A stretch of DNA of 64,000 bases. It comes from Anaeromyxobacter sp. (GTDB lineage: Bacteria > Myxococcota > Myxococcia > Myxococcales > Anaeromyxobacteraceae). Positions 1 through 13,616 of the stretch are shown piece after piece. The notes under the pieces are model-generated. The model was not told where the DNA came from, made no database searches, and saw only the letters and a list, made by a program, of their open reading frames with translations. The number at the start of each line of letters is the position of its first letter. Positions within the stretch are counted from its first letter, which is position 1. The position numbers were made by a program, and so were the translations under genes. Location: positions 832,001 through 896,000 of the forward strand of contig JASGJN010000020.1 of assembly GCA_049840735.1 (NCBI GenBank), in the 5' to 3' direction.

Positions 1-116
1 TCCTCCACCTTGACGACGTCCGCGCCCAGGTCCGCCAGCACGAGCGTGGCGAAGGGCCCAGGCAGGAGCCGGGTCAGGTCCAGGATGCGGACGCCCGCGA
101 GCGGCAGCCGCTCCAC
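1..116 (-). CDS. CaiB/BaiF family III CoA-transferase, N-terminal part (runs off the window start)
   Basis: Manual translation from GTG at 116 gives [38 protein letters not shown], the typical family III N-terminus. Confidence 0.85.
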   Translation of the reverse strand, partial: MERLPLAGVRILDLTRLLPGPFATLVLADLGADVVKVE

Positions 117-129
117 GGTCAGCCCGGGC

Positions 130-459
130 TCAGGTGAGGATCTGCTGCAGCTTCATGGCCAGCCCCATGTCGCCCTGGATCTTGAGCTTGCCGGACATGA
201 AGGCCATCTGCGGGTTGAGCTTCCCGTTCACGATGGCGAGGAAGTCGGCGTCGGTGGCCGCCACCGTGCACTTCGCGGCGGTGACCGCACCCTCGGTCAC
301 CTTCCCGCCGGGCGCCGTGCAGTCCACCGTCCAGGCGCCGCCGCCGGGGCCGGAGATGTTGAACTGGTAGACCGCGTTGATCTTCGTGACCACGTCCGGC
401 TTGGCCTGGAACTTGTGCGGGATGTGGTTCTCGAAGACTTCCTTGACCGTCGTGGCCAT
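130..459 (-). CDS. SCP2 sterol/lipid-binding domain protein
   Basis: [13 protein letters not shown]...[29 protein letters not shown]2 signature; GGAG RBS. Confidence 0.9.
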   Translation of the reverse strand: MATTVKEVFENHIPHKFQAKPDVVTKINAVYQFNISGPGGGAWTVDCTAPGGKVTEGAVTAAKCTVAATDADFLAIVNGKLNPQMAFMSGKLKIQGDMGLAMKLQQILT

Positions 460-578
460 GGCGCTCCTCGCGCGCGGCGCGAGCCGCGATCGACCCGTGA
501 ATCGGCCTTCCTAAGTATTGGCGCGGGAAGGGCGTGTCAAGCGCACCGCGTCATCGAAGGCGAGGGGTGCTCGCTCGC

Positions 579-971
579 TCAAGGCGCAGGGGACGGCCGG
601 CCGCCGGACAGGACCTCCTGCAGCGTGCCGGTGAGCGTGTCCGGATCGACGGGCTTGATGAGGATGGCGTCCACCTCGTGGCCGCGCGCCTGCGTGATGT
701 CCTCGCGCTCGGCCCAGCCGGTCACGACCACCACCGGTATGCCGGGCGAGATGGCCTTGGCGGCGCGCGCCAGCTCGAGGCCGCCCATGCCCGGCATGCC
801 CACGTCGGTCACCACGGCGGCGACCGGGCCCTCGGCGAGCAGCTGCAGGCCGATCTGCCCGGTGGCCGCCGGCACCACCTCGTAGCCGGAGCCGGCCAGC
901 ACCTCGGCCATGAGCTCCCGGTTGTCGTCGTCGTCCTCCACCAGCAGGACGCGTTGCCGCTCGGACTCCAT
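579..971 (-). CDS. Single-domain response regulator
   Basis: VLLVEDD, TDVGMPGMGG, VTG and KP receiver motifs. Confidence 0.9.
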   Translation of the reverse strand: MESERQRVLLVEDDDDNRELMAEVLAGSGYEVVPAATGQIGLQLLAEGPVAAVVTDVGMPGMGGLELARAAKAISPGIPVVVVTGWAEREDITQARGHEVDAILIKPVDPDTLTGTLQEVLSGGRPSPAP

Positions 972-1085
972 CCGGACTCACCCCATCAAGGCCTGGGGGC
1001 CCCGCCGGCTGGCGCCAGCGGGTCCCGGGTCAGTCTTGCACCTCCACGCCGGGCGGGGCGACCGCCTCATGGGGTGGCCCCCCGG

Positions 1086-2897
1086 CTATTCGGCGTAGAA
1101 GGCGTCGAGCAGGGCCTTGTGCTTCTGCGTGACCACCTTGCGCTTGACCTTGAGCGTGGGCGTGAGCTCGCCCGTCTCCTGCGTGAAGTCGCGCGGCAGG
1201 ATCTCGAACTTCTTGATGGTGGAGTAGCTGGCCTGGCGCGCGTTGAGCGCGTCGATCGCCTCCTGGATGCGGGCGCGCAGCTTGGGATCGCGGTGCACGC
1301 CCTCGCTCCAGGGCAGGTGGTGCTCGCTGGCCCAGCGCCGCGCGTTCTCCTCGTTGAGCGTGACGAGCGCGGAGAGGAACTTGCGCTGGTCGCCGTGGAC
1401 CATCACCTGCGAGATGAGCGGGTCGGTCTTGAGCTCGTTCTCGAGGTTCTGGGGGGCCACGTTCTTGCCGCCGGCGGTGACGATGATGTCCTTCTTGCGA
1501 TCGGTGATCTTGAGGCAGCCGGCCTCGTCCACGTGGCCGATGTCGCCGGTGCAGAGCCAGCCGTCCTTGAGCGCCTCGGCGGTGGCGGTGGGGTTGTTGT
1601 AGTAGCCCGTCATGATCCCCGGCCCCTTGATGAGGATCTCGCCGTCCTCGGCGATCTTCACCTCGGTGCCCGGGACCGGCGGCCCCACGGTGCCGATCCG
1701 GATGCGGCCCGGCCGGTTGACGAAGGTCCCGGCGGAGGACTCGGTAAGCCCGTAGCCCTCGGCGATGGAGAAGCCCAGCTGGTCGAAGAAGTGGGCGATC
1801 TTGGGCGAGAGCGGCGCGCCGCCGGAGACGAAGAGCCGGATGCGCCCGCCGAACCGCTCGCTGAGCGTGTGCGCCAGCTTGGGGAAGACCAGCTTTCGCC
1901 CGACCAGCAGGCCGAAGGAGCTGAACTCCTTGCCGACCTCCTTGGCCGCGGCGTAGCCCTCGAAGCTCTCCAGCGCCAGCGCGAAGAGCTTCCCCTTGAG
2001 GCCGGGCGTGGCCAGCCCCTTGGTCACCACCGCGTTGTAGGCCTTCTCGAAGATGCGCGGCACCGAGGGCATCACGGTGGGGCGCACCTCGCCGGCGTTC
2101 TCGACGATCTTCTCCAGCGACTCGACGAACGCGCAGGTGGCGCCGGTCGAGAACCAGACCGCCTCGATCACCTTGGCGAAGGAGTGGGCCATGGGCAGGA
2201 ACATCAGCACCAGGTCCTCGGGCTGGACGATCTTGAGCTCCTCGACCGCCATCCCCTCGTAGACCCAGTTGCCGTGGGTGAGGATCACGCCCTTGGGGTT
2301 GCCGGTGGTGCCGGAGGTGTAGATGAACGAGGCCGCGTCGTCCTTGCCCACCGACGCCAGCCGCTCGGCGTGGGCGCCGGGGTGGGCCTGCCGCCAGGCC
2401 GCGCCCAGCTGCTCCAGGTCCGCCAGCGTCCGCTCGAACCCGTCGGCTGCGCCGCCGGAGGCGCGGATGATCCCCTCCAGCGCCGGCAGCTGCCCGCGGA
2501 CCTCGCGGATCTTGTCCACCTGGGTGGCGGAGTCGCAGAAGATGAAGCGCGCCCCCGAGTCGGCCAGGATGTACTGGCACTCGGCGGCCTTGTTGGACTG
2601 GTAGATGGTGACGGTGATGCCGCCCGCGCCCAGGATGCCCAGGTCGGCCAGGATCCACTCCAGCGCCGTCTCCCCGATGACCGCCACGCGGTCGCCGCGC
2701 CGGAGTCCCAGCGATGCCAGGCCGTCGGCGACGTCGCGCGCCCGCCGGGCCATCGCGGCCCAGGACACGTCGCTCCAGGCGCCGTCGCGCTTGTGTCGCA
2801 CGGCGGTCCGCTCGCCCCGCCGCTGCGCCTGCGCCTCGAACAGCTCCACCAGGTTCCGCGCCACCGCGCCCTTCCGGATCTCGGCCTCGGCGATCAT
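1086..2897 (-). CDS. Long-chain fatty-acid-CoA ligase (AMP-binding)
   Basis: IYTSGTTGNPKG, EGYGLTE, TGDIG, DRKKD; start set at ATG 2897 (MIAEAE) after a GGAGG RBS. Confidence 0.9.
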   Translation of the reverse strand: MIAEAEIRKGAVARNLVELFEAQAQRRGERTAVRHKRDGAWSDVSWAAMARRARDVADGLASLGLRRGDRVAVIGETALEWILADLGILGAGGITVTIYQSNKAAECQYILADSGARFIFCDSATQVDKIREVRGQLPALEGIIRASGGAADGFERTLADLEQLGAAWRQAHPGAHAERLASVGKDDAASFIYTSGTTGNPKGVILTHGNWVYEGMAVEELKIVQPEDLVLMFLPMAHSFAKVIEAVWFSTGATCAFVESLEKIVENAGEVRPTVMPSVPRIFEKAYNAVVTKGLATPGLKGKLFALALESFEGYAAAKEVGKEFSSFGLLVGRKLVFPKLAHTLSERFGGRIRLFVSGGAPLSPKIAHFFDQLGFSIAEGYGLTESSAGTFVNRPGRIRIGTVGPPVPGTEVKIAEDGEILIKGPGIMTGYYNNPTATAEALKDGWLCTGDIGHVDEAGCLKITDRKKDIIVTAGGKNVAPQNLENELKTDPLISQVMVHGDQRKFLSALVTLNEENARRWASEHHLPWSEGVHRDPKLRARIQEAIDALNARQASYSTIKKFEILPRDFTQETGELTPTLKVKRKVVTQKHKALLDAFYAE

Positions 2898-2917
2898 CTC
2901 GCTCCCCTCCGTCGTGT

Positions 2918-3694
2918 TCACTCGGCGTCCATCAGCTTCCGGGCCACGGCCTGCCAGCGCCGCTCCTCGGGTGCATCGTACCGGCCCGGCGGGTTGGCCA
3001 GGGCCTTCTCCAGCTGCGCCCGCGCCTCCTTGCCGTGCCCTTCCTTTCGGTACAGCTCGGCCAGGTAGACCCGGGCGCGGACGTTGTCCGGGTTGCGGCC
3101 CAGGGCCGCCAGCAACGCCTTCTCGCTCTTCTCCGCGTCGTACTTGGGCCAGGGCAGCTTGAACCAGAACCGGCCCCAGGCCGTCTGGATGGCGCCGTGC
3201 TCGAAGGCGGGGTCCAGCTTCTCGGCCCGGGACAGCGCCGCCTTGAACTTGCCCTCGATCCCCTCGCGCAGGGCCCGGAAGACGCCGATGCCGAGCGAGT
3301 AGTTGCCCATCCCGGCGGCGGCGTAGTGGTGCCCCTCCACCCGGCCCGGATCGGCCTTCTCGGCGCGCTCGGCGTAGCCCCAGCCCTGCTTCCCGGTCCG
3401 GCTCTTCACCTCGTCCTTGAGCGCCGGGTCGTCCGACTCCCAGAAGCAGCGCCGCGCCTGCCGCCACAGGACCTCGTAATCCTCCGGCGCCAGCTGCTCG
3501 GCCTCGTCCAGCCTGGCCCGCAGCTCATCCAGCGCGCCGGGCTCGTCCCGGCGGGCGTAGGCGGCGTCGGCCTGCTGGAGCAAGGCGGCGAGCCCTGCCG
3601 GCTCACGACGCGACGCGTCAGGAGCCCCTGGATCCTGGGCCAGGGCGAGCGCCGGAACGAGGGCGACGCTCCACAGGAGGACTGGTCGAAGCAT
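2918..3694 (-). CDS. Secreted TPR-repeat protein (TatT/RMDN-like helical repeat)
   Basis: Signal peptide (ALA-Q); TPR-like helices YEVLWRQAR, EGHHYAA, GRFWFKLPWP, VRARVYLAE. Confidence 0.65.
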   Translation of the reverse strand: MLRPVLLWSVALVPALALAQDPGAPDASRREPAGLAALLQQADAAYARRDEPGALDELRARLDEAEQLAPEDYEVLWRQARRCFWESDDPALKDEVKSRTGKQGWGYAERAEKADPGRVEGHHYAAAGMGNYSLGIGVFRALREGIEGKFKAALSRAEKLDPAFEHGAIQTAWGRFWFKLPWPKYDAEKSEKALLAALGRNPDNVRARVYLAELYRKEGHGKEARAQLEKALANPPGRYDAPEERRWQAVARKLMDAE

Positions 3695-3754
3695 GGGCCC
3701 ATGCATGGTGCGCATGCGGCAACCTGTCCGCAACGACCAAGCGAGGCGTTAACG

Positions 3755-3797
3755 AAAAGTAGAAACGCGAGAACCCGGCCTCGCGACCGGGTTCTCG
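3755..3797 (-). terminator. Rho-independent terminator after the Cys-rich lipoprotein gene
   Basis: 11-bp stem CGAGAACCCGG (3768-3778) / CCGGGTTCTCG (3787-3797), followed on the minus strand by TTTCTACTTTT. Confidence 0.7.
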
Positions 3798-3841
3798 GAA
3801 CGTCAACCCTGCCGGGGCCGCCCCAGGGCGGCGGGGGCCGT

Positions 3842-5806
3842 CTAGTACGGCCCGCCCGGCCCGGGGTTGTTCGCGTCGCCCGTGGAGCAGAGGCAGGTGC
3901 CCACGCTGGTCGGGCTCGGCACCACGAACTCGCCGCTGGGCAGCACGCCGGCGAAGCAGCTCCAGTCGTCGGACCGGCCGCCCAGGACCGAGGCGCACTG
4001 GGCCTTCGACTGGCAGCCGCCCGCCGGCAGCTGGCCGATGTAGTCGGCCGAGTAGGTCTCGCCCGCGCCCGCCTCGCAGGCGTGCGTGGCGTGGTTGATG
4101 AAGACGTAGCGGCTGGCGGCGGTGGGCCTCTTCTGGTCGGCGGTCACCTGCTCGGCCGAGGCGGTGAACCACCAGTCCCACCCCGCGGCGACCGCCTCGT
4201 CGGCGGTCAGGTTGACCGGCGCCGGCCCGTGGCAGGTCTTGCGCGTGGTGCCCTTGGTGTCGGCGATGCGCAGCAGGGTGATGTCGCTGCTGGCGGGCTG
4301 CGTGGGCAGGGTGAGGCCGGTGGGCGGCTTCACGATGTCTGCGATGCGGTCGAGGATGACGTCGAAGTCGGGGTCGCAGATGGAGCCGACCACCACGTCC
4401 GCGCCCTTGGACCTGAACTGGGCCGCGGCCTGCAGCAAGCGCGAGCCAGGGGCCTGGCCGCCGCAGGTGGCGCTGGTGCACGTGCTGGTGCTGCCGGTGC
4501 AGGCGTAGTCGCAGCAGATGCCGGGCGTGCAGCTGGCGTCCTCGCACACGCCCTGGGTCGAGGTGATGAAGGCGGCGCCCAGCGGGCGGCCCAGGCCGGT
4601 GAAGTAGCTCACCATGTCGCTCACGGCGTACTGCTTGCGCTGGCCGTCGGGCAGGCCGGCGTCGGCCACGCAGGTGTCGCTGCCGGGCGGGCCGCTCAGG
4701 ATCACGCCGTTCACCGCGTCGGCCGGCGAGGAGCAGTCGTCCTCGTCACCCACGAACACCAGCACCAGCTTGGCCTTGTCGGCGGCGTGCGGCCAGAGGG
4801 CCTTGGCGGTGGTGACCTCGCCGGCCTCGTTGCGCGTGTCCTGCTGCCCCTCGGCGGAGAGCGCCTTCTGCAGCGCCAGCTTGCCGGCCTGGAGCCCCTG
4901 CTCCTCGCCCGAGCCGCAGGTGCCGGCGATGACGTTGCCCTGCCAGGTGCCGCCCACCTGCTGCGCGAACCAGCCCTGCAGCTGCGCCGAGGTGTAGCCC
5001 TGGCGGTTGCAGGAGGTGCCGGAGCTGCAGGCCGGCAGGCCGGACGGGCGGGTGTCCGCGTAGATCTCCTTGTCGAAGTGGAGCACGCGCGGGTTGTCGC
5101 CCTGCCCGATGAAGGCGCCGCCCGGGTAGGCGCCGCCGTTGGTGGCGTTGCCGGGGGAGCAGGTGGAGTCGAAGCGGAAGCGCGTCTGCAGGTCACCGCA
5201 GGCGGCGCCGGCGGTGGCCGCGCTGGCCTCGCAGAGCACCGGCTCGGTGCGGGCCGGGTTGTTGCTGCTGTCGCAGCAGACCAGCGAGCCGGTGAAGCCG
5301 TTGCAGGTGGTCTTGCAGGTGTCGCCCGGGCGCGTCGGGTTGCAGGCGTCGCTCGCGCTGGCGCAGGCCTTCACCTGCTTGAGCGGCGCGATGGCGCTCG
5401 TGCCCGAGGTGTTGCAGCAGACCGGCGTCCCCGCGGTCACGCCGGGGCAGTCGGTCCGGCAGAACGCCGTGGTGGGCGCGCTGTAGAAGACCGAGGTGCT
5501 GGTGACGGCGACGTGGAAGTCGATGGTGGGGACGGCGTTGGCCTTCCGGTCCAGGTTGGTCTGATCCAGGTTCTGGATGAAGGACTGGAAGTTCTCGGCG
5601 ATCTTCTGCTGCTCGCCGCCCATGGAGCCCGAGTCGTCCACGACGAAGAGGACGTCGGCCGTCGAGATGTCCGACAGCTTCACGCGCTCCGAGCCGGGCT
5701 GGATGAGGCAGTGCCCGACCGGATTGAAGTTGTAGTTCTGGCAGCCCGTCGCAGCGAGCGTCAGGGCGGCGATCAGGATCCCGTGGCGCCGGGACGGTTG
5801 CAGCAT
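3842..5806 (-). CDS. Cysteine-rich VWA-domain lipoprotein (CglB-like)
   Basis: Lipobox LAATG-C; N-terminus GCQNYNFNPV; MIDAS-like DVLFVVDDSGSM and VFVGDEDDCS; many Cys. Confidence 0.7.
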   Translation of the reverse strand: MLQPSRRHGILIAALTLAATGCQNYNFNPVGHCLIQPGSERVKLSDISTADVLFVVDDSGSMGGEQQKIAENFQSFIQNLDQTNLDRKANAVPTIDFHVAVTSTSVFYSAPTTAFCRTDCPGVTAGTPVCCNTSGTSAIAPLKQVKACASASDACNPTRPGDTCKTTCNGFTGSLVCCDSSNNPARTEPVLCEASAATAGAACGDLQTRFRFDSTCSPGNATNGGAYPGGAFIGQGDNPRVLHFDKEIYADTRPSGLPACSSGTSCNRQGYTSAQLQGWFAQQVGGTWQGNVIAGTCGSGEEQGLQAGKLALQKALSAEGQQDTRNEAGEVTTAKALWPHAADKAKLVLVFVGDEDDCSSPADAVNGVILSGPPGSDTCVADAGLPDGQRKQYAVSDMVSYFTGLGRPLGAAFITSTQGVCEDASCTPGICCDYACTGSTSTCTSATCGGQAPGSRLLQAAAQFRSKGADVVVGSICDPDFDVILDRIADIVKPPTGLTLPTQPASSDITLLRIADTKGTTRKTCHGPAPVNLTADEAVAAGWDWWFTASAEQVTADQKRPTAASRYVFINHATHACEAGAGETYSADYIGQLPAGGCQSKAQCASVLGGRSDDWSCFAGVLPSGEFVVPSPTSVGTCLCSTGDANNPGPGGPY

Positions 5807-5962
5807 CGAGAACCTCCGTTTCGCCGCAATGATAGCCGTCTTCGTCCCACGGGCAAACGACGCGGACGTGTTTCGGCCCATTTCACTCGCCGCGCACGGG
5901 CGCGCAGGGCGACGCACCTTGCCCCACCCGGCGGCGTCCGGCGCCGGCCCCGCGCCCCTCCC

Positions 5963-7528
<1,566 letters not shown>

Positions 7529-7619
7529 GGCGGCCTCTCGCCCCTGCGCAGGTCCTGGAGAGAACGGCCGCCCGCCCCGCGCCTGCCGGCGGGACGGGCG
7601 GAGGAGAACCTCGGGGAGA

Positions 7620-9227
<1,608 letters not shown>

Positions 9228-9321
9228 TCACCGGAGCGGCAACGCCGCCGCGCGCCGGCGGCCGCGCGGACGGGCGGTCGGTGCCTTGCCCCGGGCTCGT
9301 CCGCAAAGTGATAATCGCGCC

Positions 9322-11757
9322 GTGGATCCCCACGACAAGCGAGGAGCCGAGCGCGCGCCCGCCGCGATGCTGGTCCGCGTGGCGTATGGGTCCATCGACG
9401 AGTTCGCCGAGAAGTTCGCGGTGAACGTGTCGCGCGGCGGCGTGTTCCTCCGCACCCGCGAGCCCAGGCCGGTGGGCACGGCGCTGTCGCTGGAGCTGCG
9501 GCTCCAGGACGGCTCCGCCGCGCTCCGGGCCCGGGGGGTGGTGCGCTGGGTCCAGACCGAGGACCTGCACGCCCACCCGCCCCGCGCGCCCGGTATCGGC
9601 GTCCAGTTCACCTGGCTGGACGAGCCCTCGCGCGAGCTGCTGGAGCGCATGGTGGCGCTCCGCGAGCGCGCCACGGCGGGGGCGCCCGGCCCCACCCTCA
9701 CCCCGCCGCCCATCGCCGCGGGCGCGCCGGCCGCGCCGCCGGTGCTCACGCCGCCGCCCGCGCCGGCCGTCACCGCGCCGCCGGTCCTGACGCCCGCCCC
9801 GGCCTTCACCCCGCCCCCGGCGCGGGTCCGGCCGGCCACCACGCCCGGGCCCATCCCGGTGCTGACGCCCTCGCCGACCCGCTCGCCGCCGCCCATCCCG
9901 GCGCCCGCGCCCGCCGAGGCGGCGCCGCCCGAGGCCGTCACCCCGCCGCAGCCCCCGCGCATCCCGGCCCAGGCCGACCTCTCCGCCCCGCACCGGATCG
10001 AGCAGCTCTCGGCCGGCCCGGCCCGGCTCGCGATCGGCCTGCCCGACGCGCCCGAGCCCATCACCAGGCTCTCGCGCACCATCATCGGCATCGACCTCGG
10101 CACCACCAACTCCTGCGCGGCGGTGGTGAAGGACGGCCGGCCCTACGTGATCCCCTCGCGCGAGGGCTACAACACCGTCCCGTCCATCGTGGCGCTCAAC
10201 GCGCGCAACCGGATCGTGGTCGGCCACCTCGCCAAGGCGCAGCTGCTCACCAACCCGCGCGCCACGGTCTGGGGCGCCAAGCGGCTGGTGGGCCGCCCCT
10301 TCGACTCGCAGGTGGTGCAGGAGATCAAGAGCAAGTTCGCCTACGAGATCGTGGCCGGCCCGGACGGCCTGGCCGCGGTGCAGCTGGGGCCGGAGACGCT
10401 CACGCTGGAGCAGGTCTCGGCGCTGGTGCTGCGCGAGGTGAAGGAGGTCGCGCAGAACCACCTCGGCGAGGAGGTGAACCGGGCGGTCATCACCGTGCCG
10501 GCCTACTACAACGAGCGGCAGCGCGCCGCGGTCCGGCTGGCGGGCGCGCTGGCGGGGCTGCAGGTGGAGCGGATCCTCAACGAGCCCACCGCCGCCGCCA
10601 TCGCCTACGCCCACGGGCGCCACCTCACCCAGCGCGTGATGGTCTACGACCTGGGCGGCGGCACCTTCGACGCCTCGGTGCTGGAGCTCTCGGACAACGT
10701 CTACGAGGTGGTCTCGACCGGCGGCGACACGTTCCTGGGCGGCGTGGACTTCGACGCCCGCATCGTGGACCGGCTCCTGGCCGACTGGGAGGCCCGGACC
10801 GGCGCGCCGTTCGAGGGGGACCGCGTGGCGCTGTCGCGCCTGGTGGACGCGGCCGAGCGGGCCAAGTGCGGCCTCTCCGAGCGGACCGAGTTCCCCATCC
10901 AGCTGCCGTTCCTGGCCATGCGCGACGGCCAGCCGGTGGGGCTGGAGACGGCGCTGGGGCGCGACGCCGTGGTCGGGCTGGTGGAGCCGCTGGTGGACCG
11001 GACGCTGGAGGTCTGCCAGGAGGTGCTGGCGGCCAAGGACCTCACGCCCGCCGACGTGGAGGAGATCCTGCTGGTGGGCGGCCAGTCGCGCATGCCGCTG
11101 GTCCACGAGAAGGTGGCCGCCTTCTTCGGCCGGGCGCCCTCGCGCGCCGTCCACCCCGACGAGGCGGTGGCGGTGGGCGCGGCGCTGCTGGCCCACTCCC
11201 TGGGCAGCGCCGAGGGGATGGTGCTGATCGACGTGCTGCCCATGTCGATCAACATCGGCCTGCCCGGCGGCCGCGTGAAGACCATCATCGAGCGGAACAC
11301 GCCGCTGCCGGCGCGCAAGCAGTACGGGCTGGCCACCACCCGCGACGGCCAGACCGAGTTCGAGCTGGTGGTGCTGCAAGGCGAGGGGCCGGCGGCCACC
11401 GACTGCGAGTACCTGGGGACGCTGCGCCTGACCGGGCTGCCGGCCGGACCGCGCGGCATGGTGAAGATCGCCGTCACCTTCGAGCTGGGCGCCGAGTGCC
11501 TGCTCACCGTGACCGCCCGCGAGCTCAACACCGGGCGGCAGGTGCAGGCGGTCATGTCCACGGTGGACGGGCCGGAGGCCGCGCGCCGGAAGCTGGACGA
11601 CGGCCTGATGCGCGGGGCCACCGGGGCCATCCCGCTGCAGACCACGCCGCCGGGCGGCTTCCCGCGCCCGCCGGCAGCGCCTGAGGTGCCGCCCATGCGC
11701 AAGGTCGGCCTGGGCGGGCTGATCCGGCGGCTGCTGGGCCGGGGCGAGGCGCGCTGA
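9322..11757 (+). CDS. TIGR02266/PilZ-like domain + Pro-rich linker + Hsp70 (DnaK-like) fusion
   Basis: KRGAER...NVSRGGVF...GIGVQF PilZ-like; [40 protein letters not shown] Hsp70 motifs; GTG start inferred. Confidence 0.85.
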   Translation: MDPHDKRGAERAPAAMLVRVAYGSIDEFAEKFAVNVSRGGVFLRTREPRPVGTALSLELRLQDGSAALRARGVVRWVQTEDLHAHPPRAPGIGVQFTWLDEPSRELLERMVALRERATAGAPGPTLTPPPIAAGAPAAPPVLTPPPAPAVTAPPVLTPAPAFTPPPARVRPATTPGPIPVLTPSPTRSPPPIPAPAPAEAAPPEAVTPPQPPRIPAQADLSAPHRIEQLSAGPARLAIGLPDAPEPITRLSRTIIGIDLGTTNSCAAVVKDGRPYVIPSREGYNTVPSIVALNARNRIVVGHLAKAQLLTNPRATVWGAKRLVGRPFDSQVVQEIKSKFAYEIVAGPDGLAAVQLGPETLTLEQVSALVLREVKEVAQNHLGEEVNRAVITVPAYYNERQRAAVRLAGALAGLQVERILNEPTAAAIAYAHGRHLTQRVMVYDLGGGTFDASVLELSDNVYEVVSTGGDTFLGGVDFDARIVDRLLADWEARTGAPFEGDRVALSRLVDAAERAKCGLSERTEFPIQLPFLAMRDGQPVGLETALGRDAVVGLVEPLVDRTLEVCQEVLAAKDLTPADVEEILLVGGQSRMPLVHEKVAAFFGRAPSRAVHPDEAVAVGAALLAHSLGSAEGMVLIDVLPMSINIGLPGGRVKTIIERNTPLPARKQYGLATTRDGQTEFELVVLQGEGPAATDCEYLGTLRLTGLPAGPRGMVKIAVTFELGAECLLTVTARELNTGRQVQAVMSTVDGPEAARRKLDDGLMRGATGAIPLQTTPPGGFPRPPAAPEVPPMRKVGLGGLIRRLLGRGEAR

Positions 11758-11763
11758 GGAAGG

Positions 11764-12492
11764 TCAGGTCCGGTCGGCCGGATCGCCGCGCGGGGCCTGG
11801 TCGGCCGGGGCCGCGTCGTCCGGGGCCGGCTCGCCCGCCGGCGAGGCGCGCCGCTGCTGCAGCCAGCGCAGCGTGAGCCCCAGCACCACCACCACCGCGG
11901 CGGCCAGGATCCACCAGCTGAAGCGGTGCGCCCAGTGCGCCGCCTCCTGGATGTTGGAGCCGAACCAGTAGCCCAGGCACACCCAGAGCGGCGCCGAGAC
12001 CAGCGCGGCCACGCCGTCGAAGAGCAGGAACTCCCAGTACGGCAGGCGGGAGTGGCCGGCGGTGAAGTAGGTCGGGGCGCGCAGCCCGGGCAGGAAGCGG
12101 GCCACCACCACCACCAGGTTGCCCCGCCGGCGCATCAGCTTCTCGACGTGCTCCAGCTTGGCGGGCGTGATCACGCGGCGCAGCGGGCGGAAGTCGGCCA
12201 CGTGCGCGCCGAAGCGCCGCCCCAGGAGGTAGATGGCCGAGTCGCCGACCAGGATGCCGGCCAGCCCGACCACGATCATGCCCAGCAGCCCGCGGTCGCG
12301 GAGCATGAGGTGGACGGTGGCCGCGTCGGCGTCGTTGGTGCGGGCCAGCCACGCCAGCACGCCGCCGGTGACCAGCACCACGTCCTCGGGCATGGGCAGC
12401 CCGAAGCCGCAGAGCACCAGCACCACGAAGACGAAGGCGAACCCGAGGTGGAGCGAGTGCCCCCCCAGCAGGTTGACCAGCCAGTCCAGCAT
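11764..12492 (-). CDS. DedA family membrane protein
   Basis: GLPMPED, GDSAIYLLGRRFG, ARFLPGLR motifs. Confidence 0.9.
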   Translation of the reverse strand: MLDWLVNLLGGHSLHLGFAFVFVVLVLCGFGLPMPEDVVLVTGGVLAWLARTNDADAATVHLMLRDRGLLGMIVVGLAGILVGDSAIYLLGRRFGAHVADFRPLRRVITPAKLEHVEKLMRRRGNLVVVVARFLPGLRAPTYFTAGHSRLPYWEFLLFDGVAALVSAPLWVCLGYWFGSNIQEAAHWAHRFSWWILAAAVVVVLGLTLRWLQQRRASPAGEPAPDDAAPADQAPRGDPADRT

Positions 12493-12627
12493 CCGCTCCC
12501 CTGCTCCTTCCGCGCAGCCCAGGGCTCCCCTGGGTGGCCGCGACCCGTCACGGGCGCGCGCCGAGCCCGCTTCGTACCGGAGTCCGGCCGCGCCGTCCAC
12601 CGGCGCGAGACCGTCCCGGCGACGACC

Positions 12628-13089
12628 TCACCCGCCTTGCGGCTTGAGCGCGGCCCGCTGGACGAGTTCGCGCGCCTCGCCCATGCGCGCGGCCAGGTCG
12701 GCCGCGATGGCCAGGGCCAGCTTCAGGCAGGCCTGGGGCTTGGTCGCCTGCAGCGCCAGGAAGTCGCGGTGGGCCAGCTCCACCACCTCGGTCTGGGAGG
12801 CGGCCACCGCCGAGACCAGCCGGACGCTGCGGGCCAGGATGCCCAGCTCGCCCAGGTGCTCCCCCGGGCCGAGCACGGTCAGCTCCCGCTCGCCGCCGTC
12901 GGACTTCTGGACCACGCGGACCGACCCGGCCTTCACGATGAAGAGCGACTCCCCCACCATGCTCTCCACGAAGAGCGGGCTGCCGGCAGGGAAGGCCTTC
13001 TCCTGCGCGATGCGCGCGAAGAGCTGGATCCCCACGTCGGAGAAGTCCTTGAAGAGCGTCGAGCTGCGCAGGGCCTCGGCCACCGTCAT
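12628..13089 (-). CDS. Cyclic nucleotide-binding domain protein
   Basis: LFIVKAGSVRV, LGPGEHLGELGIL, RLVSAVA cNMP fold; no HTH. Confidence 0.85.
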   Translation of the reverse strand: MTVAEALRSSTLFKDFSDVGIQLFARIAQEKAFPAGSPLFVESMVGESLFIVKAGSVRVVQKSDGGERELTVLGPGEHLGELGILARSVRLVSAVAASQTEVVELAHRDFLALQATKPQACLKLALAIAADLAARMGEARELVQRAALKPQGG

Positions 13090-13616
13090 CGCGCTGACCA
13101 CCCTTCCCTCACGTACTGCGCCGCGTAGGCCACGTAGTGGGCCGCGCTCACCGGCAGGTGCGCCAGCTCCTCCGGCGTGAGCGGGCGCTTCACCTTCGCC
13201 GGCTGCCCCAGCACCAGCGTGCCCGGGGGGACCACCATGCCCGGCGGGACCAGCGCCCCGGCGCCGACCATCGCGTCCGGGCCGATCACGGCCCCGTCCA
13301 GCACGATGGCCCCGATGCCGATCAGGCACCGGTCCTTGACCGTACAGCCGTGCAGCACGGCGCGGTGACCGACCGTGACGTCGTCGCCGAGGGTGGTGGG
13401 ATGGGTGTGCGAGGTCACGTGGACCACGCACTGGTCCTGGAGGTTGGTGCGGGCGCCGATGCGGACGGCGTTCACGTCACCGCGGACGACGGCCCCGAAC
13501 CAGAGCGAGCCGCCCTCCCCGATCTCCACGTCCCCGATCACCGCGCTGCCCTCCATCACGAAGACCGATGGGTGCAGGCGCGGCGACTTTCCGCCGAACG
13601 GCCGGATGATCGCCAT
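13086..13616 (-). CDS. Gamma carbonic anhydrase family protein (YrdA/CaiE-like)
   Basis: IGDVEIG, VVRGDVN, NLQD, VH, VGHRAVLHGC hexapeptide repeats with His ligands. Confidence 0.92.
   Translation of the reverse strand: MAIIRPFGGKSPRLHPSVFVMEGSAVIGDVEIGEGGSLWFGAVVRGDVNAVRIGARTNLQDQCVVHVTSHTHPTTLGDDVTVGHRAVLHGCTVKDRCLIGIGAIVLDGAVIGPDAMVGAGALVPPGMVVPPGTLVLGQPAKVKRPLTPEELAHLPVSAAHYVAYAAQYVREGWSAR

Noticed and set aside
5820..5900. c-di-GMP-I riboswitch-like GGGCAAAC upstream of the lipoprotein gene
   Set aside because: Wrong strand for that gene, and the GAAA tetraloop and second stem are missing
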